64,000 nucleotides of DNA. Source: Macrostomum lignano. Its lineage: Eukaryota. Under the pieces are notes generated by a model. It saw only the letters and a list, made by a program, of their open reading frames with translations, made no database searches and was not told the origin of the DNA. How positions within the stretch are numbered: position 1 is the first letter of the stretch; each line of letters starts with the position of its first letter. A program made the translations under genes and the position numbers. Positions 1 to 9,873 of this stretch are shown piece by piece. The stretch spans positions 56,764-120,763 of the forward strand of contig NIVC01001013.1 in NCBI GenBank assembly GCA_002269645.1. Reading direction: 5' to 3'.

Positions 1-184
1 TACATATCAGGAATAAGAATAGGCCTATGATGGCTGCATAGTAGACAAAAAGCTCTACAAATAAAAAACAAAATAATATGCTTAAGATAAGACTAGAGTT
101 AGAGTTTAACTATTCATTTTATGCAAAATCTTTTGAACTATTTGAATGCTTAAAAATCTTTGGAACTTAAGCATTTTTTTATTA

Positions 185-545
185 TAGGCAGGAGGTTGTG
201 TGTACCCTAGTGCACTTTTAAGTGACATAGGCACACAACTGGCAAGAGGCATTACTGCCCATTCCGCCAACTCCCCTGAGCAAGCATACAAGCGTGTGGA
301 TATGAACGCAGGAACACACTCACATAGGAGTATATAACCACCCTAACTTTATTTGCGCCTTAGGGGGTTGGCTCTTCAGGCCATTAATTGCACAAGCAGA
401 GCCAAGCCAAGATTCCAATTAAGCCCCAAATTAATGTGACTGCACTTGGAAGGAGCCTGGATTGTTGGCATACCAGAGCCTGTGCTAGACTGCTGGGCTA
501 CAGTCCCCAGAAACTTGGGCATATGCATAGGCCTAGGCCTACATT
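185..545. repeat. Interspersed repeat, copy A (decayed) of the family also at 7633-8055
   Basis: Colinear blocks shared with 7633-8055, e.g. GGTTGTGTG.ACCCT, ATAGGCACACAAC, GAGGCATTA.TGCCC, GCATACAAGCG, GAGCCAAGCCAAGATTCC.ATT.AGCCCCAAATTAATG. No TIR, tail or Pol III boxes recognised, so the class is unknown. Confidence 0.85.
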
Positions 546-1399
546 AAATTATTCTTATAGTTTAATCTAAATGAAAGCTAGCAGGTCTATCATATTGACT
601 ATGTATATACACACTCATAGGAGTCACACAGAATTAGACCACTCCACTGACTCCAGGCACTTAAAGATTTCTATTCATTATCTTTAGTCTTTACTCTTTA
701 GATGTATATTACCTATTACGCAATAGTAAATTGTAATGCACTGCAGTATCTAGTTAAAAAATTCAATTAGGCCTAATCTTAAGCCTATCTAGGCCTAATC
801 TAATTAAAATCTACTTCAGGCCGGCCATGGCCATTCCACGCCACCTTTCAGGCAGGGGGCTGCTGCCGACTGAATTTATTTGGGCTCTCTGTGATGTGCC
901 AGGGGCGGAGAAAAGAAAAGGGATTCGCAAGTAAGTAAGTATGGCTCAGTCAAGAAGCCTGTTTGGCCAATATATTTCAGTGTAATTTAAGAATAATTCA
1001 AGATTAGAAGGCAATATTTATGCATGAGTTATTCAAGTCCGATACGAGTTTTGCAATATAGTATTTGAAAGAGCGCGTAAATGTTATAAACGAAACTTTG
1101 AACGAGCTTTAACGACTAACGAAGTAATAAAAGTAAGGAATTAAAAAAAGACAAGTATTGCGTGAAATTTGTGTAAATGTTTGGCGATTATTGTAAAAAA
1201 TATGTTATATGAAAGCCTAGGCAAAATATGGCAAAGGTATCGGCCTTTGAACTTTGAACTGCCGCCTTCGTTATCTCGGCACGAGTAAAGCCGGAAAGTT
1301 GCACGGACTAGTTTGAATCGATTTTTTCTCATTGATACTCCGTCTGCCGGGGTCCTCAATTCCGGGGGGAGGGTAGTCGTTGTCGTAGGCGAGCTGTCT

Positions 1400-1530
1400 T
1401 TAACAGGGCGCGGTCGTTCAAACGGTAGACACTGATACGCTTGACATGCTGCCATCACCGCAAAGAAATACACTCTGCTCCGAAGGCAAGACCACTTCGA
1501 GTGGAAGTGCTTGGAGTGCACTGTGCCATG
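1400..1530 (+). pseudogene. Degenerate PHD-finger remnant, probably the 5' part of a MULE-type PHD-FLYWCH gene split by the LINE
   Basis: One + frame reads HAAITAKKYTLLRRQDHFEWKCLEC (W-x-C-x2-C, the PHD C-terminus); the upstream part is broken by stops. An Ala-rich linker continues on the far side of the LINE (AAAAEEADDIFAE|GTGAGT). Confidence 0.4.
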
Positions 1531-1622
1531 TGCACCCCGTGCAGCACCGCGTGCAGCTGCTGCTGCTGCCGACATTGCTGCTGCTGCAGCTCCTGTGCTG
1601 TGTGCACCCCGTGCAGCACCCC

Positions 1623-4300
1623 GTTGTTGTTGTCGCTGAGGCGCGAACATCCCATGCGTTCCTTTTCCACCCCGTGCGGTACCAGGCCCAGTACCTTAGC
1701 GCCTCCTCCGGGTGCTCGTTAATGAGGCGCAGCTCAGTGGGCCCGCCCATCCTGCGTCGGATTTCCGTGGCCGGGCAGTGGCAGCTGACGTGCTCAACCG
1801 TTTCCTCCTCAGTCCCGCACGCTGGGCACATCGCGTCGGTGGTCCTGCCTATTCTGCGGCAGTAGGCCCCCAGCTCCAGCGAGTGGCCCGTGCGGAACCG
1901 AGTGAAGCTGACCGCCTCCGCCCTGTCCTTGTAGGCTGGGTGCCTGGCTGTGCCGAGGTCGCCGTAGGTGCTCTTCGTTCTACCGTGCGTCCAGTGCCTG
2001 CTGTTGTAGCTTGCGGCCCTCGTCTCCGCTGCCAGACGTCTGCGGATCACACTCGCCAGCACACCGGCTTCCTTCTGCGGCAGCTCCGTCGCGCCTCCGG
2101 CAACTTTGTCTGCGACCTCGTTACCCTCCAACCCGCAGTATGGGCCGGCGTCCAGCATAGCGCTATCTCGCGTCCGGTCTGGCAGGTCTTGTACAGCAGC
2201 TTGCGGATCTTTATCGCGATTGGATTGCGACCTCGGCCCTGGACCGCGAGGAGCCCACTCTTGCTGTCTGACGCGATCAGCGCTGTGCTCCATGTCGGCT
2301 GCTTGCATAGCCAGGCCACCGCGAGCTCCAGGGCGGTAAGCTCGGCTTACAGCGAGGAGGCCGGCTGCCCGGCTGCCCTCCGGAGGTTGGTCTGAACGCC
2401 GAATTGTTCTCCTAGCTGTTAGGCGTCCCTTCCGGTAGATGACCACTCCGCTGCCACCGCCCTCCTTCTGTACCGACCCGTCCGTGTAGATGATGATGTC
2501 GGGGTCGTGGCTGGCCTGCTTGATCCTCGTTTGGGCCATCTCGAGATTGCCGTCGCGTGTCTCTTGCCTTGCATCATCGGTTGAGACGAGGAAGGTGATG
2601 TTGTCCCTCCAGCTCTGCCAAGGGGGGAGGTCCGTCGCGTCCTCGAGCCTCGCCACCTCGTCTAGGCCGGCGTTGGCGAGACCTCTGCTGGCCTGAACTC
2701 TCCAGCCTTGCCTCTTCAGCCTTTGCCTGGTCTGCTGGCTGCCAAGGCGGTATCTTGGCGAACTGGTCTCAAGCCTGAGCCACCGGTCCAGCTTTGTGTT
2801 CCAGATCACTTCACATTGGTTCCGGATCGAGAGTAGCCCGCTCTCGCAGCGTAGGGCCTCAACAGGGGTGGTAGCGACCGCTCCGGTGATGATGCGCTGC
2901 ACGCTACGCTGCACTACTTCGAGCTTACGCCAGGCCGCGCTAGTAAGCCACGGCGTCCAGGCACAGGCCCCGTAGAGCAGTTTGCTGCGGATGAGGGCGA
3001 TATAGGTGTTGCGGATGAGCTCGGCTTGCCAGCCCCAGGAGCTGCCCGCGAGGCGCCGCAGCAGGTTGAGGCGGTTCCGGCAGTTGCGGATCACGTTGTC
3101 CGCGTGCGCTGTGAACCTCAGCTGTCTATCAAACGTAAGCCCGAGGAATGTAGGCTGCTCGATCCATTGCATTGGCTGTCCTTGTAGCACCACGTTCGGG
3201 GCCGCCGCCCTCTGCGGGGTCATCGCCGGGTCGCTGGAGAAGAGGGTGAGCGAGCACTTCTCCGTGGCAACCGGTAGCAGCCATGCTTCACTCCAAGCTT
3301 GCAGGACGTCGACCGCCGCCTGCTGGGTGGACGAGGCCTCCGCGGCTCTTCTGCTGCTGGTCCAGGTGGCCAGATCATCCGCATAGCCGCTAACCTGCAG
3401 GTCCGGGATTGAGTCTAGTTCCCTGAGGAGGTCGTCGATGAAGACGATGAATAGCAGCGGCGACAGCACAGAGCCCTGCGGTAGCCCTTGCTGGAAAAGT
3501 TCCCGCTTGCTGTCGACGTCTCCAACCCGGACACACGCCAGCCTGTTCGCTAGCCAGCCCTGTATCCATCTGACCGTTTTGGGGCCAATGCCCGCGTTGA
3601 GTAGCTTGATCAGCAGCCCGTCTCGCCAGACCTTGTCAAAGGCGCGCGCAAAGTCGAACAGCGCCAGGACCGTCAGTTTCCGCTTTTGGAATGCGTCGTC
3701 GATCGATTGGGACAGGCGGAGCAGTTGGTCTTCCGTGGACCTGCCTCCTCTGAACCCCGCTTGTGCTTCGCTGAGGCCGCCGGAGGACTCAAGAACATGC
3801 TTGATGCGGTTCGCAAGCACCCGTTCCATCCACTTGCCGAGGCTGGATGTCAGGCTGACCGGCCGGTATGATCCTATGTCCTTGGCGGGTTTCCCGCTCT
3901 TAAGCAGCGGTATGATGCGGGCCGTGCGCCAGTTTTGTGGAGCGAAGCCGCCGTCATATAACCGGTTAAACAGCCTTAGGACCTCATGTAGCGCCTCCCG
4001 GGGGAGCGCCTTCAGCAGCTTCGGGTGGAGGCCGTCCATGCCGGCGGCTCTGTTGGCGTCCATACTCTGCAGCGCAGCTTGCAGCTCGTCCAGGGTCAGG
4101 GCTTGGCAGTCCGCAGCATTGGGGGAAGTGGCGCTTTGCCGCAGGCGGGCGTTAATTTCTCTGCGTGCCCATCTGTGCCTGGCCCGGACGGTGTTGGCGC
4201 TGACCTTGGCGTACACTTTCGCAATGATGTTCGCCTTGGCTCTGTACCTTCTTCCTTCGTGCTCTAGGATCTGGTCTCTGCTGGCGTCGCCGCGCCGTTG
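1623..4300 (-). CDS. Reverse transcriptase + RNase H + CCHC finger of the LINE (RNase H disrupted)
   Basis: ORF 1418..4420 carries the RT motifs (AAGMDG, YRPVSLTSSLGKWMER, QAGFR, DFARAFDKV, LPQGSVLSPLLF, YADD, FLG). The RNase H middle part lies in another frame (ORF 2047..2319) with an in-frame TAA just before AEL. Confidence 0.92.
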
Positions 4301-5075
4301 AGCTGTTTCAGCAGTGACCATATCTTGTCCGCCGTTGCACTGTTGTCCAACTTGTCTCTCCATCGTTCCCTCCTGCTCTCCTGCTGCTTCCTCCTGATCT
4401 GTTGGTCCAGGTGCTTCCATTCATCCGACTCGATACCCTCTCTTTCCCTGAGGTTATCTCTTTCCGCCATCAGGTGCTGGACTTCCTCGTCGACGAACAC
4501 CGCGTTTCTGGTCTTCCTGGCCACCATGCCCACCGCCTTGCGGGCCGCCTTCACAAGGCACCTTCGCAGCTGCTCTTCATGCTCCGAGTTGCTGAGAATC
4601 TGGAGGTTCGAGTTCCTGAGATGTTCCCTGACCAGATGTTGGTACAGCGGCCAGTCCGCCTTCTTCCAGTTCCAGCACATGTTCTTCCTAGTGCTGGGGT
4701 CCGGGTCCGAGTTCGCTTCCCTGCGGCTGATGATGATCGGCAGGTGGTCGGAGCTCAACCTGTTCGCCGTCCGCCATTCCCACTGGTCTAGCTCCGCCTG
4801 TGGGACTATGGTCACGTCCGGCGAAGACCTGTGCTCCCCGTCACGGCTGGTTCGCGTGGTGGATCCATCATTAAGCGCCGCCAGCAGCTGGTCGTCCATC
4901 CAGTCGACGAGCTCTTCGCCTCGTCTGTCCCTGGGGGAGCTGTTGTCCCACAGCTCGTGGTGCGCATTCCAGTCGCCGGCCAGGAGCAGGTTCTCGCCGC
5001 TTGGGATCTGCAGCAGCTCAGTGGCTGTCATGCTGCAGGTCGCTTGAGGCGGTATGTAAATGTTGATCAGCAGTA
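4264..5075 (-). CDS. Apurinic-like endonuclease (APE), C-terminal half only, plus linker
   Basis: Motifs INIYIPP, LLAGDWNAHHELW, SSPDVT, SDHLPI. The N-terminal motifs (QWN, QET, GG) are absent; a frameshift near 4280 leads into the RT frame. Confidence 0.88.
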
Positions 5076-5106
5076 GTTGTTCCAGGCCCTGTCTGTTGTT
5101 GACGGC

Positions 5107-5250
5107 GCAGGGCTGGCAGATCCAGCTAGCTCCGTCAGCTGGTCTCCAGCGAGGGATTGTCGTACAGGCGCGGTGGAAGACGCTGGCACACTGCGTGCAC
5201 GGGATGCCGTTATGGCCTGCCCTGATCTTGCGGTCGCATTTGCCGCAGTA
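5107..5250 (-). CDS. PHD finger 2 of the LINE
   Basis: Manual translation, in frame with APE: YCGKCDRKIRAGHNGIPCTQCASVFHRACTTIPRWRPADGASWICQPC, a complete C4HC3 pattern with W-x-C-x2-C. Confidence 0.85.
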
Positions 5251-5569
5251 GCTCGACCTGCTTGGCGAAACAACTTGGTCGGGCGTCGGGGTTCCGCCGG
5301 GTTTTTAGTTTTTGGGTTGGGTGGCGGATTCTCCCGGCTGTCCTCGACTTCAGTGAGTCTCCTCTCCGCAGGCGAGGTGATAGTGCTGGCTCGCTCCTCG
5401 CTGAGGCTCTCGAGTTCACTCCTGCCCGCCTCCGTGCCCTTCTCAGATCTCGGTATTTCGATGCTGCCTTCCGCAGCTCCTGCCGTCTGGCTTTCCTTCC
5501 TGTCCAAGGCGGCTGTGGCCAGCTCGACTGCCTGGCGTAGCCTTGCAGACGCCGCCTTGCTGCACCCGG

Positions 5570-5790
5570 CTTCCCTGCTGAAGGGTCTGATGCTGTCCTT
5601 CCTGATCCAGGACACCTGCCCGGTGCCAAACCAGCTGACCGGCACGTCGTTGCTGCCATGCGCAGTGCAGCTGAGCGCGGCTTGCGCGTCTTCCGCTTGC
5701 AGGCGCTCGGCCGGCCACCAAGCCCAGCCCCTGAGTTTGGCCCAGATGATGTTGTTCCCTGGCCACGGTTCTATCTCTTGGTCGTTCGTT
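5570..5790 (-). CDS. PWWP domain of the LINE
   Basis: GNNIIWAKLRGWAWWPAERL...DVPVSWFGTGQVSWIRKDSIRPF matches the PWWP signature (G-x2-VWAK-x2-G-x-PWWP...V-x-F-F-G...W). Confidence 0.85.
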
Positions 5791-5964
5791 CTCATGATCG
5801 TTCGTTCATTCGTTCGTTCGTTCGTTCTCCTGGTCGCCATGGGTCTCGGTTGGCTTGCACGGCGTGCCGCTCGTCGCTCTTTGCTCGCCTCGTCGCTTGC
5901 CGCTGGTGGGCCTCGGCGCCCCTTGCTCCTTGCCAGGGGTGCTGGCGGTTGGCCGGCTGCCTTG

Positions 5965-6098
5965 GCAGCACGGACCTGTCCAGTCGCCAGCCTTTTCCAG
6001 CGCGTAGAACCTTCCTCTAGTCAGGCCGCTGCACTTAAGGTGAAGGTGGTTTTCGCAGTCCTTGCAGCGAGGGCTCGTTTGCTGCAGAGTCCGCAGAG
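5965..6098 (-). CDS. PHD finger 1 of the LINE (frameshifted)
   Basis: LCGLCSKRAL, then a -1 shift near 6070, then CKDCENHLHLKCSGLTRGRFYALEKAGDWTGPCC; one Cys position reads Gly (GGT). Confidence 0.7.
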
Positions 6099-6116
6099 GG
6101 AGCTTTGAGTGTTGGC

Positions 6117-6158
6117 TGGTCCCGAGTTGCTCTCGACGTCGCCTGCTCTGAGCAGCAG
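6117..6158 (-). other. 2A-like (StopGo) peptide motif, variant NSGP
   Basis: LLLRAGDVESNSGP versus the consensus D-V/I-E-x-N-P-G-P; the codon is TCG instead of CCG. Confidence 0.8.
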
Positions 6159-6494
6159 GGTCCTGCTGTCGGCTCTGTAGGGCCTGTAGGCGCTGCCTCT
6201 CACTGTGCCGGTGCCGGTGCCCGTACTACGGTGGTGCGACCTCGGTCTCCTCCGATGGTGAATGTTCCTTTCTTGGATGTTCGGCTTCAGTATGCTTCCT
6301 TTCGTACCTAGACATCCTCGGCTAGGTTCCCCAGCACACCGCTTGGCGGTCTGGAAGCTGTGCTGGTGCTGCTGCTGCTGAAGAGGCGGACGACATTTTT
6401 GCTGAGGTGAGTGTCAGTATCAGAGTGTCAGAGTGTCAGTATGGGTGATACGAGTGACACGACACATGAGTCACTTTCCATCGTGCCATCTGCA

Positions 6495-6950
6495 GACGAT
6501 TGATGGCACAATCTTTCCCATCGCTGAAAGCAAAGCGCTGCAGGAGCCGGAGGTTGAGCCAGAGTTCACAATAGACGAACCATGACTCTACACGCTTTAA
6601 TGTCGAGTGTGTTGTCAAAGGAGCCAGAGACATTTGACATTGTGGCACAAGGCTCCCAAAAAGGGAGGATGAAGGTTGTGTCCTCCTATAGCAACACCTT
6701 CGTAAAGAAGTCGGCACGTGGAGCGAGAACCTACTGGCGGTGCAGCGTGCGCAACACAACGACAAGGTGCCCGGCCAGCGTCATTCAAACTGCCGACGGA
6801 TTCAAGCGCGGTGACGCCGAACACAATCACTACCCTGTACGCCAAACGCTGCAAAATGTGCAGCTCCGTGCAGCACTGCGTGCAGCAGGCAGAAACGAGC
6901 TGTTTCGACCAGCTGCTGAAATAGTCGATCACGTCAGCATAAGTAAACTA
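6495..6950 (+). pseudogene. FLYWCH zinc-finger fragment, MULE-transposase-like
   Basis: FDIVAQGSQKGRMKVVSSYSNTFVKKSARGARTYWRCSVRNTTTRCPASVIQTADGFKRGDAEHNH (YW-x-C...C...H-x-H). Preceded by a GAG|GTGAGT...CTGCAG intron and a frameshift; no DDE core seen. Confidence 0.75.
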
Positions 6951-7389
6951 TTTCCGACCCACCTACTCATTTTACTCACTGACTCACTCACTCCCGAGCA
7001 GTGGCATCTGCTCAAGCAGGAGGTTGCGGACATTTGAAATTAGGACATCAACCTAATTTAACTGATTTTACAAATTTTAATTTTACTTTGTGGCGCACAT
7101 TCGTTTAAATATGTACATTTGTTCGCATACTTATTCGAAATTGTCCTCTGCGTTTCTTATCAAGTTGAATTTCGAATCCGATCTGCAATTTCTTACGAAG
7201 TCTAAACATTGGACTGTAAGCAAGTACCTAATAACTCGAATAACTTGACACGTTAGCGTAAAGACTTAATTAGATAACTTTAGAAACATATTTGCACATT
7301 GTATGACGAAATAAACTAACATTAAACTAACTCAACTAACTCAACTCAACTAAACTAACTTACGCATACGCAACTTATAAAAATTTGTT

Positions 7390-8360
7390 ATATGTGGCCG
7401 TTTTGACGTGTGGCCGTTTTGACGGTGTGGCCGATGTTGCTGAGTATACCAGTCAGACACAGCAATGATGCCACCTCTGACAGCCATCACAAAAAAGTGC
7501 GTGCTGACGCGGTCGCACAATGCATGAGCATAGCGGACACAGCTAGATCATCACTACTCATTTTATTGTGGCAAATGCAAAAAGTGGCAATTAAAATTAC
7601 AATAAAATGCAAACTGTAAAAGCTATCATATCACTCTATTCTTTTTATTAGAGACAGGGGGTTGTGTGCACCCTGGTACACATATAGGCACACAACAACC
7701 GGCGAGAGGCATTATTGCCCAGGCAGCCGAGACTCCCCGGAGTAGGCATACAAGCGCGCGGATACGTACGCAGGCACACACTCACACAGGAGTGTACAGC
7801 GGCCCTAACTTTATATTATCGTTACGCCTGTACACTTGACTGCGCCTTGGGGGTTGGCTCTCAAGGCCGTTAATTGCACGAGCGAGCCAAGCCAAGATTC
7901 CGATTCAGCCCCAAATTAATGACTGCACTAATTGGAATCGAGCCTGGGTCGCTGGCACACCAGCCGATCTAATGCCGAGTGGCCGACGTCGGCCCGAGCT
8001 CGGCTTTGCCACTGGGGAGTAGCTACACCTGGGCTACGGCCCACCCTCAACTATTACTCTATACACTCAAGAAAAGTGTATTTGTCGTGCACCATACAAG
8101 GTTCACAATTGACACTTGCCTAAGTTAAAAACTGTGAATATACTTTAAATATATTTCCACATATATAAACATATTTGCACATTGTATGACGAAATAAACT
8201 AACGTTGTGTCAACACTCTATAAAAATTTGTTATGTGTGGCCGCTTTGATGGTGCGGCCATCCAAATTTGTTGTATGTGGCCGTTTTGACGTGATGGCCG
8301 TTTTGACGGTGTGGCCGTTCTGTGTGAGAGGCCGTTTTTTACGTGTGGCCGTTTTGACTT
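7390..8360. repeat. Two clusters of TGGCCGTTTTGAC repeats (7390-7435, 8235-8360) with a duplicated upstream block; probable DNA-transposon subterminal repeats
   Basis: ACATATTTGCACATTGTATGACGAAATAAACTAAC occurs at about 7287 and 8170, each followed by TATAAAAATTTGTTAT.TGTGGCCG.TTTGA. Confidence 0.6.
7633..8055. repeat. Interspersed repeat, copy B (CpG-richer) of the family at 185-545
   Basis: Colinear similarity to 185-545; it sits between the two duplicated blocks noted at 7390-8360. Confidence 0.85.
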
Positions 8361-8564
8361 GGATTCGCTACCACAACAAATGTAGAAATAACTTTGATTT
8401 TTCTGGTTTAAAAAAGTTACTAAACGTAAAATCAGTCTAGGTATTTTACTTTTGATTCAATGTTTTTGCTTTGCAAACAGCCTTTTCTTTCAACACTGAC
8501 AGACAATCTGAAAAAACAGTATAACTATTTAACTTTGTTGAATGTTTGAATACCATAACACAAC

Positions 8565-9873
8565 GGATCCTAGTCATTTCGTCAACTGCCATTTCGTCAA
8601 CTGGACACATCGTCAACCCGTTCCCCATATTGGTCGTTTCGTCAACCAACCAATAGGATACTTTCAAAGCTTGGTTATTTCGTCAACGGTTCAATGGGAC
8701 GATGTCAACTTTTGGTCACTTCGTCAACTGCCAATAATACACGCCCCGCATGCAGCCCTCCTCCTTTCTCATTCTGGGCTTGGGACCAGACAATGGCGGA
8801 GTTACTGCCACAAAGATGCAGTTTGTATGGTAAAAAAGGAAAATGCATTGCACAAAATCACAAAGATCACAAAGGCCACCACAAAGGTCACAATCAAATA
8901 TAAAGCTGACCTTCCATCGAGACTTCAGTGAGACGGACCGGCTCTTGGAAGGGCCCTGCGAGGAAGAAACGTGCTTTTTTAATTTTTTAAGAGCAGTTCC
9001 TAGGGTACTAACCATAATGTCTATAATAGGCATGAATCGCACTGTATGGCCTGTTGACGTGGCCGCACAGTCTCTGAGCACTGAATACACTTATCAGTCT
9101 CCATCCAAAGATGTAAAAATTGAGTGGCCCTCCTGAAACCCTACTCCATTATATAGTGTTTGAGGAGGTTGCAGTGTCAGGTTTAAAGTATTTTGGATTG
9201 GTTTGGCTGGTGGGGTTGTTAGTTGGGGATATGATAGTTGGGGATAAGACCTGGTGCCAATTCGCACCTCACAAGAACTGCCTACCTGCCTACCCCTCCC
9301 CTCCGACACCACCCACGTTTTGCTTGAAACCAAGACCAAGATAGGGCGCACGAGCTAGGGCGCACATTGACAGCTTGGGGGGGGGGAGTGGGTGCGAAGA
9401 TGGATTGAGAGAACAGGTGTCAACGCGATGGGCGCTGGTTCAAGTAAAAGAGACAGGGCGCACATTGACAGCTTGGGGGGGGGGGTGGGTGCGAAGATGG
9501 ATTGAGAGAACAGGTGTCAGCGCAAGGGGCCCTGGTTCAAGTTACAGAGATAGGGCACGTTGTCAGTTTGGGGGTGGGTGCGAAGATGAATTGAGAGAAG
9601 TCAGTTGGTTCATCGGTGGTTCTTTTTGTGGTGAATTCAGAAGTAATAACAAAGGTAATAAGCGGATATGACATGCGTTAGTTGATGTACATGTTATGAC
9701 ATTTGCAAACTGTAGACGAAGTAACTAACATTCTCAGGTCATTTCGTCAACTGACTAATGAACCAATCTAAAACCTTGGTCATTTCGTCAACTGCAAGTG
9801 AGACCACCTTAAAATGTTAGTCAATTCGTCAACCCAGTTGACGAACTAGCAGTTGACGAAATGACCAGCACCC
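8565..9873. mobile_element. Non-autonomous TIR DNA transposon with 8-bp TSD (copy 1)
   Basis: Left end GGATCCTAGTCATTTCGTCAACTG; right end reverse complement GGGTGCTGGTCATTTCGTCAACTG. Perfect TSD AACACAAC at 8557-8564 and 9874-9881. Subterminal TTTCGTCAAC repeats at both ends. Confidence 0.88.

Larger units (their letters stand above)
1623..6331 (-). mobile_element. Non-LTR retrotransposon, Ingi-type (I group), frameshifted copy
   Basis: Order on the - strand: 2A-like motif, PHD, PWWP, PHD, C-terminal half of APE, RT (LPQGSVLSP, YADD), RNase H (YTDGS, AEL, SDSKS, WTPAH/GNEVAD), CCHC finger (CPACGTEEETVEHVSCHC). 3' tail is (CAA)n at 1623-1633. Candidate imperfect TSD CAGCACCCC (1614-1622) / CAGCACACC (6332-6340). 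2A plus RNase H fits Ingi rather than Vingi, L2 or CR1. Confidence 0.9.

Noticed and set aside
5077-6108. 343-aa plus-strand ORF and other long + ORFs over the LINE
   Set aside because: Antisense shadows of GC-rich coding sequence.
6290-6345. Hammerhead ribozyme at the LINE 5' end (stem followed by GAAA)
   Set aside because: The CUGANGA core is not present in the required register.
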